Notes under the pieces: model-generated | What the model was told of the DNA's origin: nothing | The model's database searches: none | What the model saw: the letters and a program-made list of their open reading frames with translations, nothing else | Source: a virus | Lineage: Duplodnaviria; Caudoviricetes | Strand: one strand, 5' to 3' | IMG/VR virus record: IMGVR_UViG_3300013121_000033 | Coordinates: 96,001 to 160,000 of that record | DNA length: 64,000 nt | Position numbers and translations under genes: made by a program | Shown here: piece by piece, positions 1 to 13,000 of the stretch | Numbering within the stretch: the first letter of the stretch is position 1 | Layout of the letters: every line of letters begins with the position of its first letter

Positions 1-156
1 CAGATGGTCGGGTGGGTGCCGGAGAAGGCTCGCCCCAAGACGTCACCGGACCGTGTCGACGCCCTCGTCCACGCCCTCCGCGAACTCCTGTACCCCGAAG
101 GTGCGCCGTCACCGAAGCGGCCACGGGGCGCGTCCGAACAACTATCTCAGTGGTGA
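1..156 (+). CDS. Terminase large subunit, C-terminal fragment (truncated by window edge)
   Basis: Frame 1 reads QMVGWVPEKARPKTSPDRVDALVHALRELL...QW*, matching the 'QMxxWxP...SPDRxDALVxALxEL' end of terminase RNase H-like nuclease domains; not in the ORF track. Confidence 0.75.
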   Translation, partial: QMVGWVPEKARPKTSPDRVDALVHALRELLYPEGAPSPKRPRGASEQLSQW

Positions 157-184
157 CGGCAACGATCCGGTACGGTCAGATCGC

Positions 185-493
185 ATGGAGCAGCCCGCCA
201 TCGGCGACGTCGTGTCGAGCCTTGTCCGCGACCTCAGCCTCCGCCAAACGGCCGCCGTCGAAACGGCGGTCCGTGCCGCGATCTCGCAGATTCCGCGGCA
301 CCTGTGGGGCCTCATCGAGGTCGAGTTCTACGAACCGACCCTGTTGTGGGGGAAGCCGACCTCGACGAACGCGGTGCCAGTCACCCTTTCGGCGAAGGCA
401 CCGAAAGTGATCGTCCGACAGTTCCGCGACGTCGGCCCGGTCGAGTACCTGCGCCGCTACCGGGCGATCGCCGCGGCGATGAACGCCGCCTAG
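185..493 (+). CDS. Hypothetical protein
   Basis: ORF 53..493; ATG at 185 sits 8 nt after a TACGGT -10-like hexamer (probable leaderless start). Confidence 0.6.
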   Translation: MEQPAIGDVVSSLVRDLSLRQTAAVETAVRAAISQIPRHLWGLIEVEFYEPTLLWGKPTSTNAVPVTLSAKAPKVIVRQFRDVGPVEYLRRYRAIAAAMNAA

Positions 494-774
494 CTCTTCG
501 TCGTCTTGCGGCGGCGGAACCCTCGGGTCCGGCGCCACCCGAACTTCGGTTGCGGCAACGTCCGGCCGTGGGAGTCGACGATGACGTGCGGCCCGTAGTG
601 GAAGGCTGCGACGAGGACGTCGGCGACGTCGCTCTCGTTCTCGTACTGCTGCTTCGGTGGCGTCATGAGCACGGTGTCACCGTTCGAGTGCTTGACGACG
701 GCGTAGTAGCGGCCGTCGTCGTGCTGCATGATGGTCGCCGTGTACGCGTGAGCCGGTGGTGTTCGGATCGCCAT
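490..774 (-). CDS. Hypothetical protein
   Basis: 94-aa ORF with typical codon use; TAGCCT hexamer 6 nt upstream of ATG. Confidence 0.65.
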   Translation of the reverse strand: MAIRTPPAHAYTATIMQHDDGRYYAVVKHSNGDTVLMTPPKQQYENESDVADVLVAAFHYGPHVIVDSHGRTLPQPKFGWRRTRGFRRRKTTKS

Positions 775-812
775 GTGTCGAGGCTACCGGCCTCGTTGCA
801 TGACAGGTCGGA

Positions 813-2981
813 TCACCCGATCTCGACGTACGCCGCCTTGAACCCGGTGCCGGAGTGGGCGCCCGCCTGGACGACCGCGGCGTTCCACTGTGTGCCGACG
901 ATGCCGATTGGGCCGAGCGGATCAGGGAGACACACTTCCTTCTGGACTTCGCCCTCGGGGAGGGTGCAGGAAGCGACGAGCGTGTTGTTCCGGTAGAGGC
1001 CCCAGATGGTGTCGCCGCTGGTAGTGGTCAAGAGTTCCGCCGCGTCGATTCGGAGACGGACCACCTTGATCGGCTTCTTCGACCACCCCGCAGCCACCTC
1101 GGGGACCCCGACAGCGATCGTGGCGTCGCCGCCCTGCGACCACGACATCTCCTGGTCGTCGATCGTGCCCGCGTCCTGGACCGACGGCGACGACGGGGAG
1201 GCGAGCGACGTTTCCCCGCCGAGCGCGCCGAGCGCTGCCCTCTTGAGCCACCGGTCAACCTTGTCGGCCTCTTCCTCCAACGGTGACAGCAGCTTCGGAA
1301 CGGACAGGAGATGCCCTGCTGTTGCTTCGGATGCCGCCCAACCGACGCAACGGAGCGGGACCTCGACAAGGTCCGCGGTGACACAGTTGACGCGGTCGCC
1401 GGTGACGAGCGCAGCCCCGGGGACACCCGGGTCGCCGACAGGGGCTTCGTTCGCGACCTCAACGGCAGTCGAGAACGCGGCGAGCTTCTTCATCGTCTCG
1501 GTGCCGAGAACTCGGGCGGTGGTCAACTCGCGGGTGTCGTTGAGGGAGAGGAACCCTTCCTTGCGGTTGTAGGTGTTGACCGTGTCCTCGTTGACGATCT
1601 CGAAGTAGCCGCCGTCGTAGCGGACGCACAGGACGGTCTTGAGGGATGCGGCGCTGGCCTTGTGGCCGAGGTCGGTGGCGTTGACACCGATGGCGATGGT
1701 GAGGTCGCCGTCGTGTTCGACGCGGCCCGGCATCGTGGTGACACCGTCGCTGATCCCACGGGCGAACCAGCCGTCGAGGTAGCGGACGGTGTCGCCCGGT
1801 TCCATGTGCGCAGCGAACTCCAAGTAGCCCTCAGAGAACTGCTTGAGGACGTCGAGCAAGGACGCTCCGACACGGGTCGACTGCGCGCTGTAGCACTGCG
1901 CGATCGCGGTGGTGCCGCCGCTATCGACGGTGCCGTCACCACCCCAGCTTGACTCCCAGTTCTGGACTGTCGCGAAACCGGTGCCGAGGTCGCCGTAGCT
2001 GTCCCGTGCATGGGCTTCGTCGAGGACGATGTCGGCGACTTGGAGTGGCGTGAAGCCGGGGGGCTGGTCGGGGTAGGCGAGGCACAGCCAGTCGGAGTCC
2101 GTCCGGAACAGGAGTTGTTGAAGTCGCCCGAACACGGTGACGACGACTTCGTAGACGGCGCAGAGGAACACACTGATGTTCCCGGCGTTCGTGCCGGTCG
2201 TTTCGGTGCGGTCGTAGTTCTTGACGGCAGCGGACAGGACGTGGTCGCCTGCGGTGACGATGACCCGGACATACTTGCCGCGCTGCCACCCGTCGGCGCT
2301 GGGCGGCGAGTCGAACGATGCAAGGGGGACCCCGTCGAGACGGAGGTCGTAGGCGTCGTCGCCGCACACCCAGATGACGAGTTCCCGTGTTTCGGCGAGG
2401 GTGAAGTGGCGGCGCGTGTACCAGGTGCCGACAGGGTCGTGGTCGCCGGAGAGAACGCTCGGGGCGATCCACCAGCCGCTCGGGTCGACCCACGTCTGGG
2501 GTGCGCCGAACAGGCCGTCGGGTGGGACCTGGGCGGGGTTCTGGCACTGCTGGAACCGTTCGACTGCGGGGGTCCACGCGGAGTCGTCGAGGCGAGGTTC
2601 GGAGAAGTCCCAGTAGCGGATGTCGCTGTAGGGGAGGGACCCGAGGCCGCCCGGCGGGTAGACGAGGCAGCCTTCCAGTTCGGAGAGAACGCCGCGCCCA
2701 GCGAAGCTGCGCATCTCGCCTGCGAACTCGTCGTCGTCGATGGTCTGCTGGTCAATCGACTCGATGACCGTCCACGCTGAGGGGACCCCGTCGATCGACC
2801 ACTCGACGACGTTTGTTTCCTGCGGGGCGTCGGCTTCGGCGAAGTGCCGGTTGATCGAGAACGACCCCGCGCCGACGTCGTTGATGTCGTCGGACACCTT
2901 GGGGTCCTCGATGCGACCGATCTCGGCGCGGGTGTCGCCGTCGATCGTGATGATCGCTGCGGTGATACGACGGTCCGTCAT
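813..2981 (-). CDS. Minor tail protein (Tal/baseplate hub-like)
   Basis: 722 aa, follows TMP and the Dit-like gene; N-terminal 'DDINDVGAGSFSI' motif typical of actinophage minor tail proteins; beta-rich internal domain. Confidence 0.75.
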   Translation of the reverse strand: MTDRRITAAIITIDGDTRAEIGRIEDPKVSDDINDVGAGSFSINRHFAEADAPQETNVVEWSIDGVPSAWTVIESIDQQTIDDDEFAGEMRSFAGRGVLSELEGCLVYPPGGLGSLPYSDIRYWDFSEPRLDDSAWTPAVERFQQCQNPAQVPPDGLFGAPQTWVDPSGWWIAPSVLSGDHDPVGTWYTRRHFTLAETRELVIWVCGDDAYDLRLDGVPLASFDSPPSADGWQRGKYVRVIVTAGDHVLSAAVKNYDRTETTGTNAGNISVFLCAVYEVVVTVFGRLQQLLFRTDSDWLCLAYPDQPPGFTPLQVADIVLDEAHARDSYGDLGTGFATVQNWESSWGGDGTVDSGGTTAIAQCYSAQSTRVGASLLDVLKQFSEGYLEFAAHMEPGDTVRYLDGWFARGISDGVTTMPGRVEHDGDLTIAIGVNATDLGHKASAASLKTVLCVRYDGGYFEIVNEDTVNTYNRKEGFLSLNDTRELTTARVLGTETMKKLAAFSTAVEVANEAPVGDPGVPGAALVTGDRVNCVTADLVEVPLRCVGWAASEATAGHLLSVPKLLSPLEEEADKVDRWLKRAALGALGGETSLASPSSPSVQDAGTIDDQEMSWSQGGDATIAVGVPEVAAGWSKKPIKVVRLRIDAAELLTTTSGDTIWGLYRNNTLVASCTLPEGEVQKEVCLPDPLGPIGIVGTQWNAAVVQAGAHSGTGFKAAYVEIG

Positions 2982-4033
2982 GCGACCACCGCCCCGGCGG
3001 GCACATCCATGGTGAGAGTGGCGCGGCTGGCGGTTCGGTACTCGCCGTCACCCATGCGGGCCTTCGAATGGGCCGAGTTGAACCGGAGGGGGAACACACG
3101 GGCGTCGAACGGGAAGGGACCGTCAGGGGCGTCGAGTTCGCATTCGGTGGTGCCGTCACCGGTCGTGACCGGGCGAGTGACGTAGCGGCGGAGGTACATG
3201 ATGTTCGACCAGAACCCGGTCATTTCGTCGGGTGCCGCGGAACCGTCGGGGTACACGTCGTGCGCGACCCACAGGTCGAAGTCCAGGTCGTCGAGCATGT
3301 CCGTCTTGGTTGGGAACGTGGCGCGACCCGTTTCGCCGGACACGTTGCGGGAGTGGATTCTGTAGTTCGGGTCACGGGTGAGGTCCCACAGGTCGTGGAT
3401 GTTCCACGCCGGGGTGTGCATCGGGATGTCGTTGACGGTGAGTAGCAGCAGGTCGTCGCAGCAGCCGGGGGAGGGGCCGACAGGGTCGGGGATCGTCATG
3501 GTGGCGAGGTCGTCGGCGGTGACGAGCGTCCCGAGGGGCAGGAAGACGTCGAAGGTGACCATCCACGCGCGGCGAAAGATGCCGTCCCCCATCATGACCT
3601 GTGCTTTGCGGCGGCCGAAGACCAGGCTGCCGGGGATCACGGGGTGCGTGTAGTCACCTGTTGGGGTGGCGAGCGTCGCTGACTTGGTACCGTCGTCGCT
3701 GTCGTCGATCGTCGACACGGCCGACGTGATGAGCGTGCGGAACAGGTTGAGGTTCGCCCAGAACCCTTGCTCGTCGTCGCTGTACTGGACGCCGTCGGGG
3801 TCGACCTCACCGGTAATCCATGCGGTGAGGGTAACCGTGGCCGAGTCGAGGTTGAACGGGTAGGTGACCCGGCCGGACGCGTGAGGAACCACTGTTTCTT
3901 CGACCAGGTATTCGGGGTCGAGCGCGAGTGCCCACAGGTCGAGGACGTTCCATGCCGGGGTGTGCAACGACGTGGCCCCCATTGTGAGGGCGAGTCCTGA
4001 TCCGTCGCAGCATGGGTCCCACGGTGCGGCCAT
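2978..4033 (-). CDS. Distal tail (Dit)-like minor tail protein with internal tandem duplication
   Basis: Directly downstream of TMP; two homologous halves (LHTPAWNVLDLWAL / MHTPAWNIHDLWDL; GFWANL / GFWSNI; MGDGIFR / MGDGEYR). Confidence 0.7.
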   Translation of the reverse strand: MAAPWDPCCDGSGLALTMGATSLHTPAWNVLDLWALALDPEYLVEETVVPHASGRVTYPFNLDSATVTLTAWITGEVDPDGVQYSDDEQGFWANLNLFRTLITSAVSTIDDSDDGTKSATLATPTGDYTHPVIPGSLVFGRRKAQVMMGDGIFRRAWMVTFDVFLPLGTLVTADDLATMTIPDPVGPSPGCCDDLLLLTVNDIPMHTPAWNIHDLWDLTRDPNYRIHSRNVSGETGRATFPTKTDMLDDLDFDLWVAHDVYPDGSAAPDEMTGFWSNIMYLRRYVTRPVTTGDGTTECELDAPDGPFPFDARVFPLRFNSAHSKARMGDGEYRTASRATLTMDVPAGAVVA

Positions 4034-7000
4034 CAGCCGGACCTTTCATCGACCGGTCGACCGGTACGGCGGATGCGGCGCATCGTACGGGCGAGGTTGC
4101 GGGCATCGCTGCCGCGCGGACCGCCTTCGGGGACGACGACGTCTCCGAAGGTCAGACCGCCCTGGCCGTTCGCCGCGAGCAGCGACCGAATCGCCCGGAG
4201 CATCGCGACGACTTCCGGGTCGGTCGCTGGGACCGCTTGGACGACGGGCTGTGCGATGACGGTGATGTTGCCCTGACCGTCGCTACGGACAGGGGCGTCA
4301 GGCCACGACGGCAGAGCGTTTGTCGCCGGGGTCGCCGCCGCTGCGATCGCTTGTGCCGCAGCGTCGACAGCGGCCTGCTGCGAGCGGATACCGATAGCGA
4401 GGCCGCGTGACACGTTCTCGCCGATGTCCATGGTGACCTTCGACGGGGAGTTGATCCCGAGGGCTTCCCGGATGATGGCCGCTACGCGGGACGCCATGTT
4501 CGTGACAGCGACCTCCACATCGGGTTGGATCATTTCCAGCCCGGCGACGATGCCGCGGCCGATGGCAGTGCCGATGGCAGTGCCACCAGCGGCGGCGCGA
4601 ACGGTCAGAGCGAGGAACGAGACAGCGAGGACGGCCGCCAACGGGTCGGCCGCGGTCGCAGCCGTCACCGCTGCGGCGGCGAACCCCACCGTGAGCCCCC
4701 CGATGAACGCGGCGGTGATCCCGGCGGCTGCCGCCCCGGCCGTCACCGCTGCCGTCGCCCCGAACGATTGGAGCGCTGCGAGGAACAGGGGCTCGACGAA
4801 CACCACTCCACTGGTTGCCGCCGCGCCGAAAGCCCGGCCGATCCCCTCGCCCTGCGCGCTGGCGATGGGAATGGCAACGGAGGCGGCAGCGAGGAACCCG
4901 GAGGCGAGGCGGGCGGCCAACACCAGAGCGAAGACCGGTGACAGAGCCGCGCCGCGAACACCGCTAGCGAACTCGCCCCCGATGGCCTCACCGGCGGCAG
5001 CGGCGGCTCCCGATGCTTGAGCTTGGACCGACTGGAACGCGACGATCAGGGACAGGGACAGGGCCGCTCGGATCAGGGCGGCGGGAACCGCCGAATCACG
5101 GAGGGTGATAGCGAACGCCTGACCGATGCTGAACCCGGCGGCGGCTGCAACCGGGGCGACAACGGAGGCGATCGTTGCGTACTGCCCGATGAGAGTCGCG
5201 GTGGTGTCCGCCACGGCGATCCCGTAGCGGGACGATTCGACGACGGCCCCGCTGAACACCGACCCGATCGTCGATCCTGCTGTTTCGGCGAAGAGTGCCG
5301 ACTGCTCGGCGACGGCGACGAAGACGGCGACGACTTCCGCTGCGACGGCGTCGCCGTTCACGACTGCCGCGTCGTGCAGGTTGTCGGAGAACGACTCTCC
5401 GATGAGGGTTCCCGTTGAAACGGCTGTCGGGACGACCGAGTTGGCGATGACAACGAACCCGGCGATGAGCCCAACGGTGACGACGAACGCTCCGTTCTCG
5501 GTGACCGCCTCGCGCAGATTCGCAGCGAACGCTCCGCCGATCGACTGGCCTGCGGCCGAGGCGACCGGAAGGGTCGACGCTGCGATGTCGATGATGAACC
5601 CGGCGACCGCTGCATCGGCCGCTACAGCGTTGGCGTTGCCGCCGGACGTGATCGAGTTGAGCATCCCGGAGATGAATGTGCCTCCGAGGCTTGCGCCCGC
5701 TTCGGTCTGGCCGCCAGCAGACCCGACAGCGGCGACGAACGCGTCGGCGATCACCTTGGCTGCCGCCTCGATGTCCCCCTTGCGGGTCGTGATTGCCTGA
5801 GTGAGGGAGTCGATGAACGCGTCGGCGGTACCGGTGCCAGCGGTTGCTGCGGATGTCGCGACGCCGGGTGCCGCAGTGTCGATCGCGGTGGATGCCGCGT
5901 CGGCGACCCCGGTAGCGGCGCCGCTGACGGCGCCCTGGGAACTTTCGATGCCAGCAGCGAAGGACTCGCCAACCGCTGCGCCTTGGGATAGGACGCTGTC
6001 GCGAGCGGACTGCACCGCCGATGCGATCGCCGACTTCTGGCGGTCGGCGAGTTCCCCGCCCTCACGGGCGGCGTTGCGTTGCCCCGGTCGGATGTCCTGA
6101 CCAAGCTGCCGGTCGTCAAGGTTGCCAAGCACCTTGGACAGGTCGAGGGAGTTCCGAATGGCGTCAGCGATCCCGGACTGCGCCGCTGTGATCCGATTCT
6201 CGACGTTCTCCTTGGTCGCAGTGAGGGAGTCGTCGATGACCTTCACCCCGGCGGCACCCTGGTTGTTCAGGTAGGTCCGCATCGCGTCGAACTGTGCGGG
6301 GTCAGTGATCTTGGCGACGATCTCGGCGACGTTGCCGAACTGTGCGTCCTCCAAGAGCCGAACGAGTTCCAACTGCTCGGCCTTGAAGTTCAGGTCGTCG
6401 ACCGCCTTGCGGAACGCCCCCTCGATGTCGACCGCGTTCTTGAGGTCGAGGGCCTTCTGCAACTCAGTGTTGAACGACGCCTTCAACCCGGGCGACATGG
6501 CTTTGAGTTCCGCCTCGACCTGACGGAACGCTTCAACGGGGAGAGAGGCGACGGCGTCAGCGAACGCTTCCATCCCGGAGTCACGAAGGTTGAGAACCGC
6601 GGTCGCCTGACGGGTCGTGGTCTTGATGTCGTCGATGGCGAGCAGCAACGCGCCCTTCAAGTCCTTCGCTGACCGTTGTGCTTCGTCGGCGGCCTCATCG
6701 GCCTTTACCTTGGCCTTGTCGATGGTAAAGAAGTCCTCGGGGTCGAACGACCCGGTGATCCCACCCTTGGCCTTATCCTTGGACGTGTCGAGGAAGCTAG
6801 AAATGCTGAGCGGTTCGATCTTGAGGGACTTGGACAGGTCGAACGTCGGGCCTTCGGTAAGGCGCTTTTGGAGGTCGTCGATGAGCGCGAGGCTTTGCTT
6901 GAACGACTTAGTTGTTCCAGTGACCTGACCTGCGGTCCGCTGTGCCTGGTTCCCGAACTGAGCCATTCCACTTGTAGCCCCGTCAAGACTGGCCTGGTAC

Positions 7001-10000
7001 TTATCGACAATGGCTGAGATGTCGGAGGTCGTCGACCCAAACCCTGACATGGCAGCCTTGCCCTTGTCGATAGCTGCCGCTTCCTTGAGCATCGACTTCT
7101 CAAACGTCTTCGGAAGCGTGACGCCCTTGTCGGAGAACGCCTCTCGGATTGCCTTCAAGTATTCAGGCCGAACCTCGGCCGGGAGCGATTGCAGGGATTC
7201 CTTGGCGGTCTTAGTGGCGGCGTTGATGGCATCCCGTAGCGACGCGCCCGGGTCGAACTCTTTGGTCAGGTTGTCCTTGAACGAACCTGAACCGAATGCT
7301 GTCTTGAACTCGGCGACACCGATTCCGACGCCTGGCAGGAAGGCGTTGCGCCCCGAGCGAATCCCTTGCCCAAGGGTGTCCTGGAAGTCGGCCACGGCGT
7401 TGTCGGCGAGTTCCTTGGCCTGCTTGGAGAAGTCGCCCTTGCCCACTGCCAGGGCGAGCGCGTCGACCGAGAACTTCGTCTGGTCGATGTGGCCGGTGAG
7501 GGCGTCAGCGGCGGCCCCCATGAGTTCGTAGGCGCCGACCGCGAGGATCGCCGCCGTTCCGATCCCTCCGATCGCTGTGCCGAGTGCGCCGAACCCGCCT
7601 GCCGCCCCTGCCGCCCCAGCGCCAGCGTTACCGGCGGCGCCGCCGACCCCACCGAGGGCGCCCGTCGCCCCCTTCGCGATGCCGCTGATGGTGGAAAGCG
7701 CTTGCCCGACTCCGTTGATGACCTGCACGACGGAGCGGAGCAGCATGAACGCCTTGAACGCTGCGAACAGTGCTACGAGGATCGGGACGAGCCACGAGGC
7801 GTTGTCGCCGACGAAACGGATCACGTCGGCGATGGCCCGCAGGATCACCTCTACTGCGCCCAGCAGGGCCGCGTTGGTGACGATGTCGACGATGGCAGTG
7901 ATGATCTCGCTGCCCGCCCCCACGACGGCGTCGATGACGTCCTGGATAGCGGGGAGTAGCCGAACGAAGGCGTCGATGATCGGAGGGCCGATCTGTGCGA
8001 TCAACGACAGGAGGTCGACGAACACCTTTGCGAGGATCGGGGCGATGGCACCGAGAGCCTTACCGATGCCGTTGATGATGTCGCCGAACCCTGACAGGTC
8101 AACGTCGCCCAGGCCGGTGGAGACGGCATCGACGAAGATCGAGAAGGCTGCGGCTGCGTAGCCGAGCATGGTGACGATGCCGTCGATGAACGACGCGAAC
8201 CCAGAGGACGACACGATCCTGGTGAGAGCCGTGAACACCAGCCCGAGGGCAGCGTTCAGTCCGGTGAACAAGGTTGTCAGCGGCCCGGACAGCGCGACGA
8301 TCAGTGAGAGGAACGCCTTGAACGGTTCGACGAAAGCGCTGCCGACGTCGAGGATGACGCGTAGCAGCGAGTTGAGCGCCTGGAACAGAGGCCCGATGAT
8401 CTGGTTGACGACCCCCACGAACGGTGCGAGGTAGGAGGCGAACAGGTCGATCGTCGAGGCGAGGTTCCGGCCGAGGATGTCGAAGACCGGGTTGCCGTTG
8501 AGCACGGCGGAGAGTTGGTTCACCCATCGGAGCCCCGCTTCGGTCAGCGGGTTGAAGAACTGTGCCGCCATCGGGGCGACGGCGTCGGTGAGCCCGATGA
8601 GGCTCGACATGATCGGGCCGCGGAACCGGTTGACGAACTCGGTGGCGATCGGACCGACTGTCTGACCGATGACAGTCTTGAGTTGGCCGAGGGTTTCCTT
8701 GATCGAACCGAGTAGGCCCTTGTCGAGAGCGATACCGAGCCCGAGGACACCTGCGGCTGCGAACCCGGCGGCGCCACCGATGGTGAGCAGGCCGCCTGCG
8801 ATACCGAGGACGCCGGTGAGCAGCGACGCAAGCGAGGCGAACAGGGCGGGGAGGGCGAGCAGGGCGAGGCCCGAGGCGAGTGTTCCGAGAGCGGACCCGA
8901 TGGTGCTCAGTACGGTCTTGACGCCGGACGCGATCTGCGAGAGCAACGGCCCGACGGCGTCGGCGATGCCCCGGAACACGGCAGGGATTTCGCGGGCGAC
9001 GGCGGCGATGCGAGGGCCGATGGTGCCGAGGAACCGGGCGATGGGACGTGATACGGAGGCGACGAGCGCGGCGGCGCCTCGGCCGAGGGCAGCGACGTCG
9101 ATCGCCCCTCGGGTGTCGCTCTTGAGAGAGCGGAACAAGCGAGAGAGCCCCTTGACACCGAACCCGATCTCGGCGATCCCCTTGGTGGCATCCTCGCTGC
9201 TGCCAAGCCCGAGAGAGGCGAGTAGGCCGCGGCGGCCGCCGGACGCGATGGAACGCACCCCGGTGAACGCCTCGCGGAGTGTGCGCCCCATTCGTCGGAA
9301 GTTGGCGTCACCTTCGTCCGCGAGGTCGTTGAACAGGCGGGAGAACTTGGAGGTGTTGACGCCGTCGAACAGTCCGACGAGGGAGCGGCGAAGGCGCGTG
9401 CCGATGTTGATGCGACCCAAGTTCTCCAAGTCGATCCCGGCGGACCTGAGCGACTTGCGGAAGTCGGCGACGATCTTGTCGGCGGTCTTGGTGCCGTCGG
9501 TGATGGCCTTCACGGAGTCGATGACGGCTGACGGGTCGAGGCCGAGTTGGGTGGTGAGCCGTGTCGCGGTCGCGACTTCCCGTTGGAGCTTCGCCCCGAG
9601 TGTCCTGATCTGTGAGGGGTCGGCGTCGATCCGGGCGGTGATGTCGAGGATGCGGTTCCATGACGCTGCCGCTTCGCGGATGACCCGGTTCGCTCCGGAG
9701 GTGTCGGCGGTGAGGTCGATACCGGTGAGGTCGATCCACTTCGTCCGGGCGTCGGTGAGCGCTGCGGTGATGCGGCCGATGGGGCCGGTCGGGTCGACGT
9801 TGAGGGCGTCCTGGTCGACCTCCGCGGTGATCCCGATGTTGCGTCCGTCGAGCGCCGAGATGAAGGCTTCAAGCTCGGAAAGTAGAGCGAGCGCTTTGGC
9901 GATGTCGACGTCGGTTGAGATGTCGATGACGCGGTCGATCGAGTCGAGTTGGGCTCGGACGGCTTGCACCGCGGTGGTGACGCCGTCAGCGTCGAGGGTG

Positions 10001-13000
10001 ACCGACGGGTGAACGCCGTCGCGTTCGATCGCGTCGACCCGTTCACGGAGCAGCGCTTCGTTCGCTCGGAAGGTGTCGAGGTTGAGGACGGCCCGGATGG
10101 TCGCCTCGACGTCGGTCACCTCAGATTGGAGTTCGGCAATCCGGGCGAGGGCTTCGCCGTTGTCGACACCGACGCCGATGACGAGCGCCTGACGGAAGGC
10201 TGCGATCTCGGTTTGGAGAACCCCCAGGCGTTCCGAGGCGGCGTCGATGTCAGCGGTCGCCTTGACGGTGGCGACGAGCCGGTCGAGTTGGAACACCTGG
10301 TTGCTGACCTCGAAGAACCCCCGGTTGACGTCGTCGTCGTCGACTCGGACCTTGACGACGGCGTCACGGAACGAGGCGAGTTCGACGCGGAGTTCATCGA
10401 GGACAGCGCGGGCGGGTGACGAGTCGGCGTCGACCTCGGACGTGACGGTGCGTTCGAGGGCGTCGAGTGCCCGTTGGATCGACGCGATCTCGGTGAGCGC
10501 GTCGAACGCTTCAAGACCGAAGTCGGCGGTCCACTTTCGGGAGAGTTCATGGAGCCGGGCGACCAGGACGTCGACTGCGGTGACGGCGTCGCCGTCATCG
10601 ACGCCGATCTCGGTGAGGATCGGCTTCGAAGCGAGCGCTGTGAGGAACCCGAGGGACAGGGCGGCGGTGTCGATCTGTGAGGCGTCGACACCGACGGTGG
10701 TGTCGGGGAGCGCTTCCGTTTCGACGAGTACCTGGGAGATGGCTCGCTGGAACTCGGCGAGGTCGAGGCTGACCGACCCGCGGATGTCGCGGACGACGGA
10801 CTGTGCAAGCGCTGCGGCGGCACCGACCTCGTTGTCGAGTTCGGACGTGTCCGCGTGGACGTGTGCGGTGATGTCGGCGAGTTCGGTGAGGCCCGGCTTG
10901 GCCGACGCGATCCGGTCGGCTGTCTCGGACAGGTCGGGCGGGACGACATCGACCTTGATCTGAGCGAGGCGTTCGAGGTTAGCTGTGGCGACCCGGAGCC
11001 GGTCGGCGAGGTTCGACGTGTCAAGGGTGACGTCTCCGTGGACCTGTGCCGCTTCGCGCCACACCTCGGCGGCGTTGAGGATGTCGCCGGTCGCTCCGAT
11101 GGTGGCGATATCGACGGACCCGAGGACCGACGCGATGCGTTCCCACACTCCGCGTTCCCGGGTCAGGTCCCCGGTGACTCCGGACGTGTTCGCTGTGACG
11201 TTGGCGGTGACGCGGGCGGCGTCCTCCCACGCTGTCGTAGCGGTCGTTGCGATGTCCTCGGTGACCCGAGTCGTGTTGACACCGACGTCGACGGTGACGT
11301 CGCCTGCGGTCCCCTGCCAGATAGCGACCGCGGACCTGATCTGTTCGGCGATCGCTGGGACGTTGATGTTCGCGGTGACGTCGACGGTGACGCGGCGACC
11401 GTCGATGGCAGCAGCAGCGCCTTCGACAGCGGCCAGTTGGCTCGTGACCGACTTGGCGTTCGTCGAGATGCGGATGCGGGCCGTTTCGCCGTTGAGGTCG
11501 TCGAGCGCAGCTTTGAGGACGGCAAGGTCGTCGGCGGAGGCTGTCTCGACGTCGATGGTGATGGCGGCGCGGGTGGAGTCGACCGCCGCGACGAGCGCTG
11601 CGACGTCGGCGAGTCGCGTGGTCGCGTCGGCGCTGTTGAGGTCGATGGAGACGGTAGCGGTCGATCCGTCGATGGCAACGAGGCCCGCTTCGATCGCGGA
11701 GATGTCGGCGAGGTCGTTGGGGTCGAGGTTGATCGTGACCGTCGCGGACGCGTTGCTGATGACTGCGAGAGCGGCTTGGACTTGGGCGACACGGTCGAGG
11801 GCGGTGGCGATGTCGACATCGACTTGGACGGAGATCGACGCGATCGAGTTCCACTCGGCGATCAGCGCGACGATCGCAGCGTTGGCGTCGGCCGCGTCGA
11901 GGTCGACGGAGGTCGACACGCGGGCGATCGCTGCCCACAACTCTTGCGAGTCGAGCAGTTCCGCGGTCGCCTCCCGGGTGTCCATCTCGACGCGGGTCGT
12001 GATGGTCGACCCGTCGAGCGTGGCGACCGCCCCGGCGATCGTGGCGAGATCGTCGAGAGTGGAACCGAGGTTCGCTGAGACGACGATGTCGACGCTCTGC
12101 GCGTCGAGCGTGGCTGCCGCCCCGGCGACGGAAGCGAGGTCAGCGAGGGCGGCTTCGACGAGCGCCGCGACGTCGATCGAGACGGCGAGCCCGGAGACAG
12201 ATGCGGCCGCTCCGGCGATCGTTGCGAGGTCAGCGACGGCGGTGCCTGTGACGCTGGCGTCGATGGTGGCGGTGAGCGCATCGACGGTGGTGGCGGCGCC
12301 AGCGACGTCGGCGATGCCGTTGAGGGCGTCAGAGACATCGGCGTTGACCGTGACCGTCGCTGTGACCGCTCCGACTGTGACAGCGGCCCCTGCGATGTCG
12401 GCGAGGCGGTCGATGGCGTCGCCGGTGACGTTGACCTCGACGGTCGCTGTGATCCCGTCGACCTCTTCGGCGGCGGCCCGGACGGCGACCAGGAAGCCGA
12501 GGGAGTCCTTCCCGAGGACATCGACCTCGACGGCGACCGAGGCGACCTGTCCGTCCAGGGTCGACACCTGTGCGGCGAGCGCTTCGATCTGTGCGACGTC
12601 ACCGGGGTCAAGGGTGACGTCGAGGTTGACGGTGGCGTCGGTGAGCGTGTCGAGTGCCGTCGCCAGGGACACGACCTGTTCGAGCGCCCCCTCGCTGTCG
12701 ACGTGGACGGAGGCGGTCAGGTCGACGATGCGGTCCCACTCAGCGGCGAGCGCGGTGAGGGTGGGACCCACCCCGTCGGCGTCGGCGGCGACAAAAGCCT
12801 TGACCGCGGCGGCGGCTTCCCATTCGGCGACAGAGGCCCGCAGGTCAGCGAGGACCGCCTGCGTGGGGATGTCGATGGTGAACGACACGTTGATGCGGCG
12901 GCCGTCCAGCACGACGACAGCGCCGCCGACGTCGGCGAGCGCGGCGAGCGCTTCGGCGTTGTCAACCACGACGGCGACGGTCACGGATCGGGCGTCGAGG

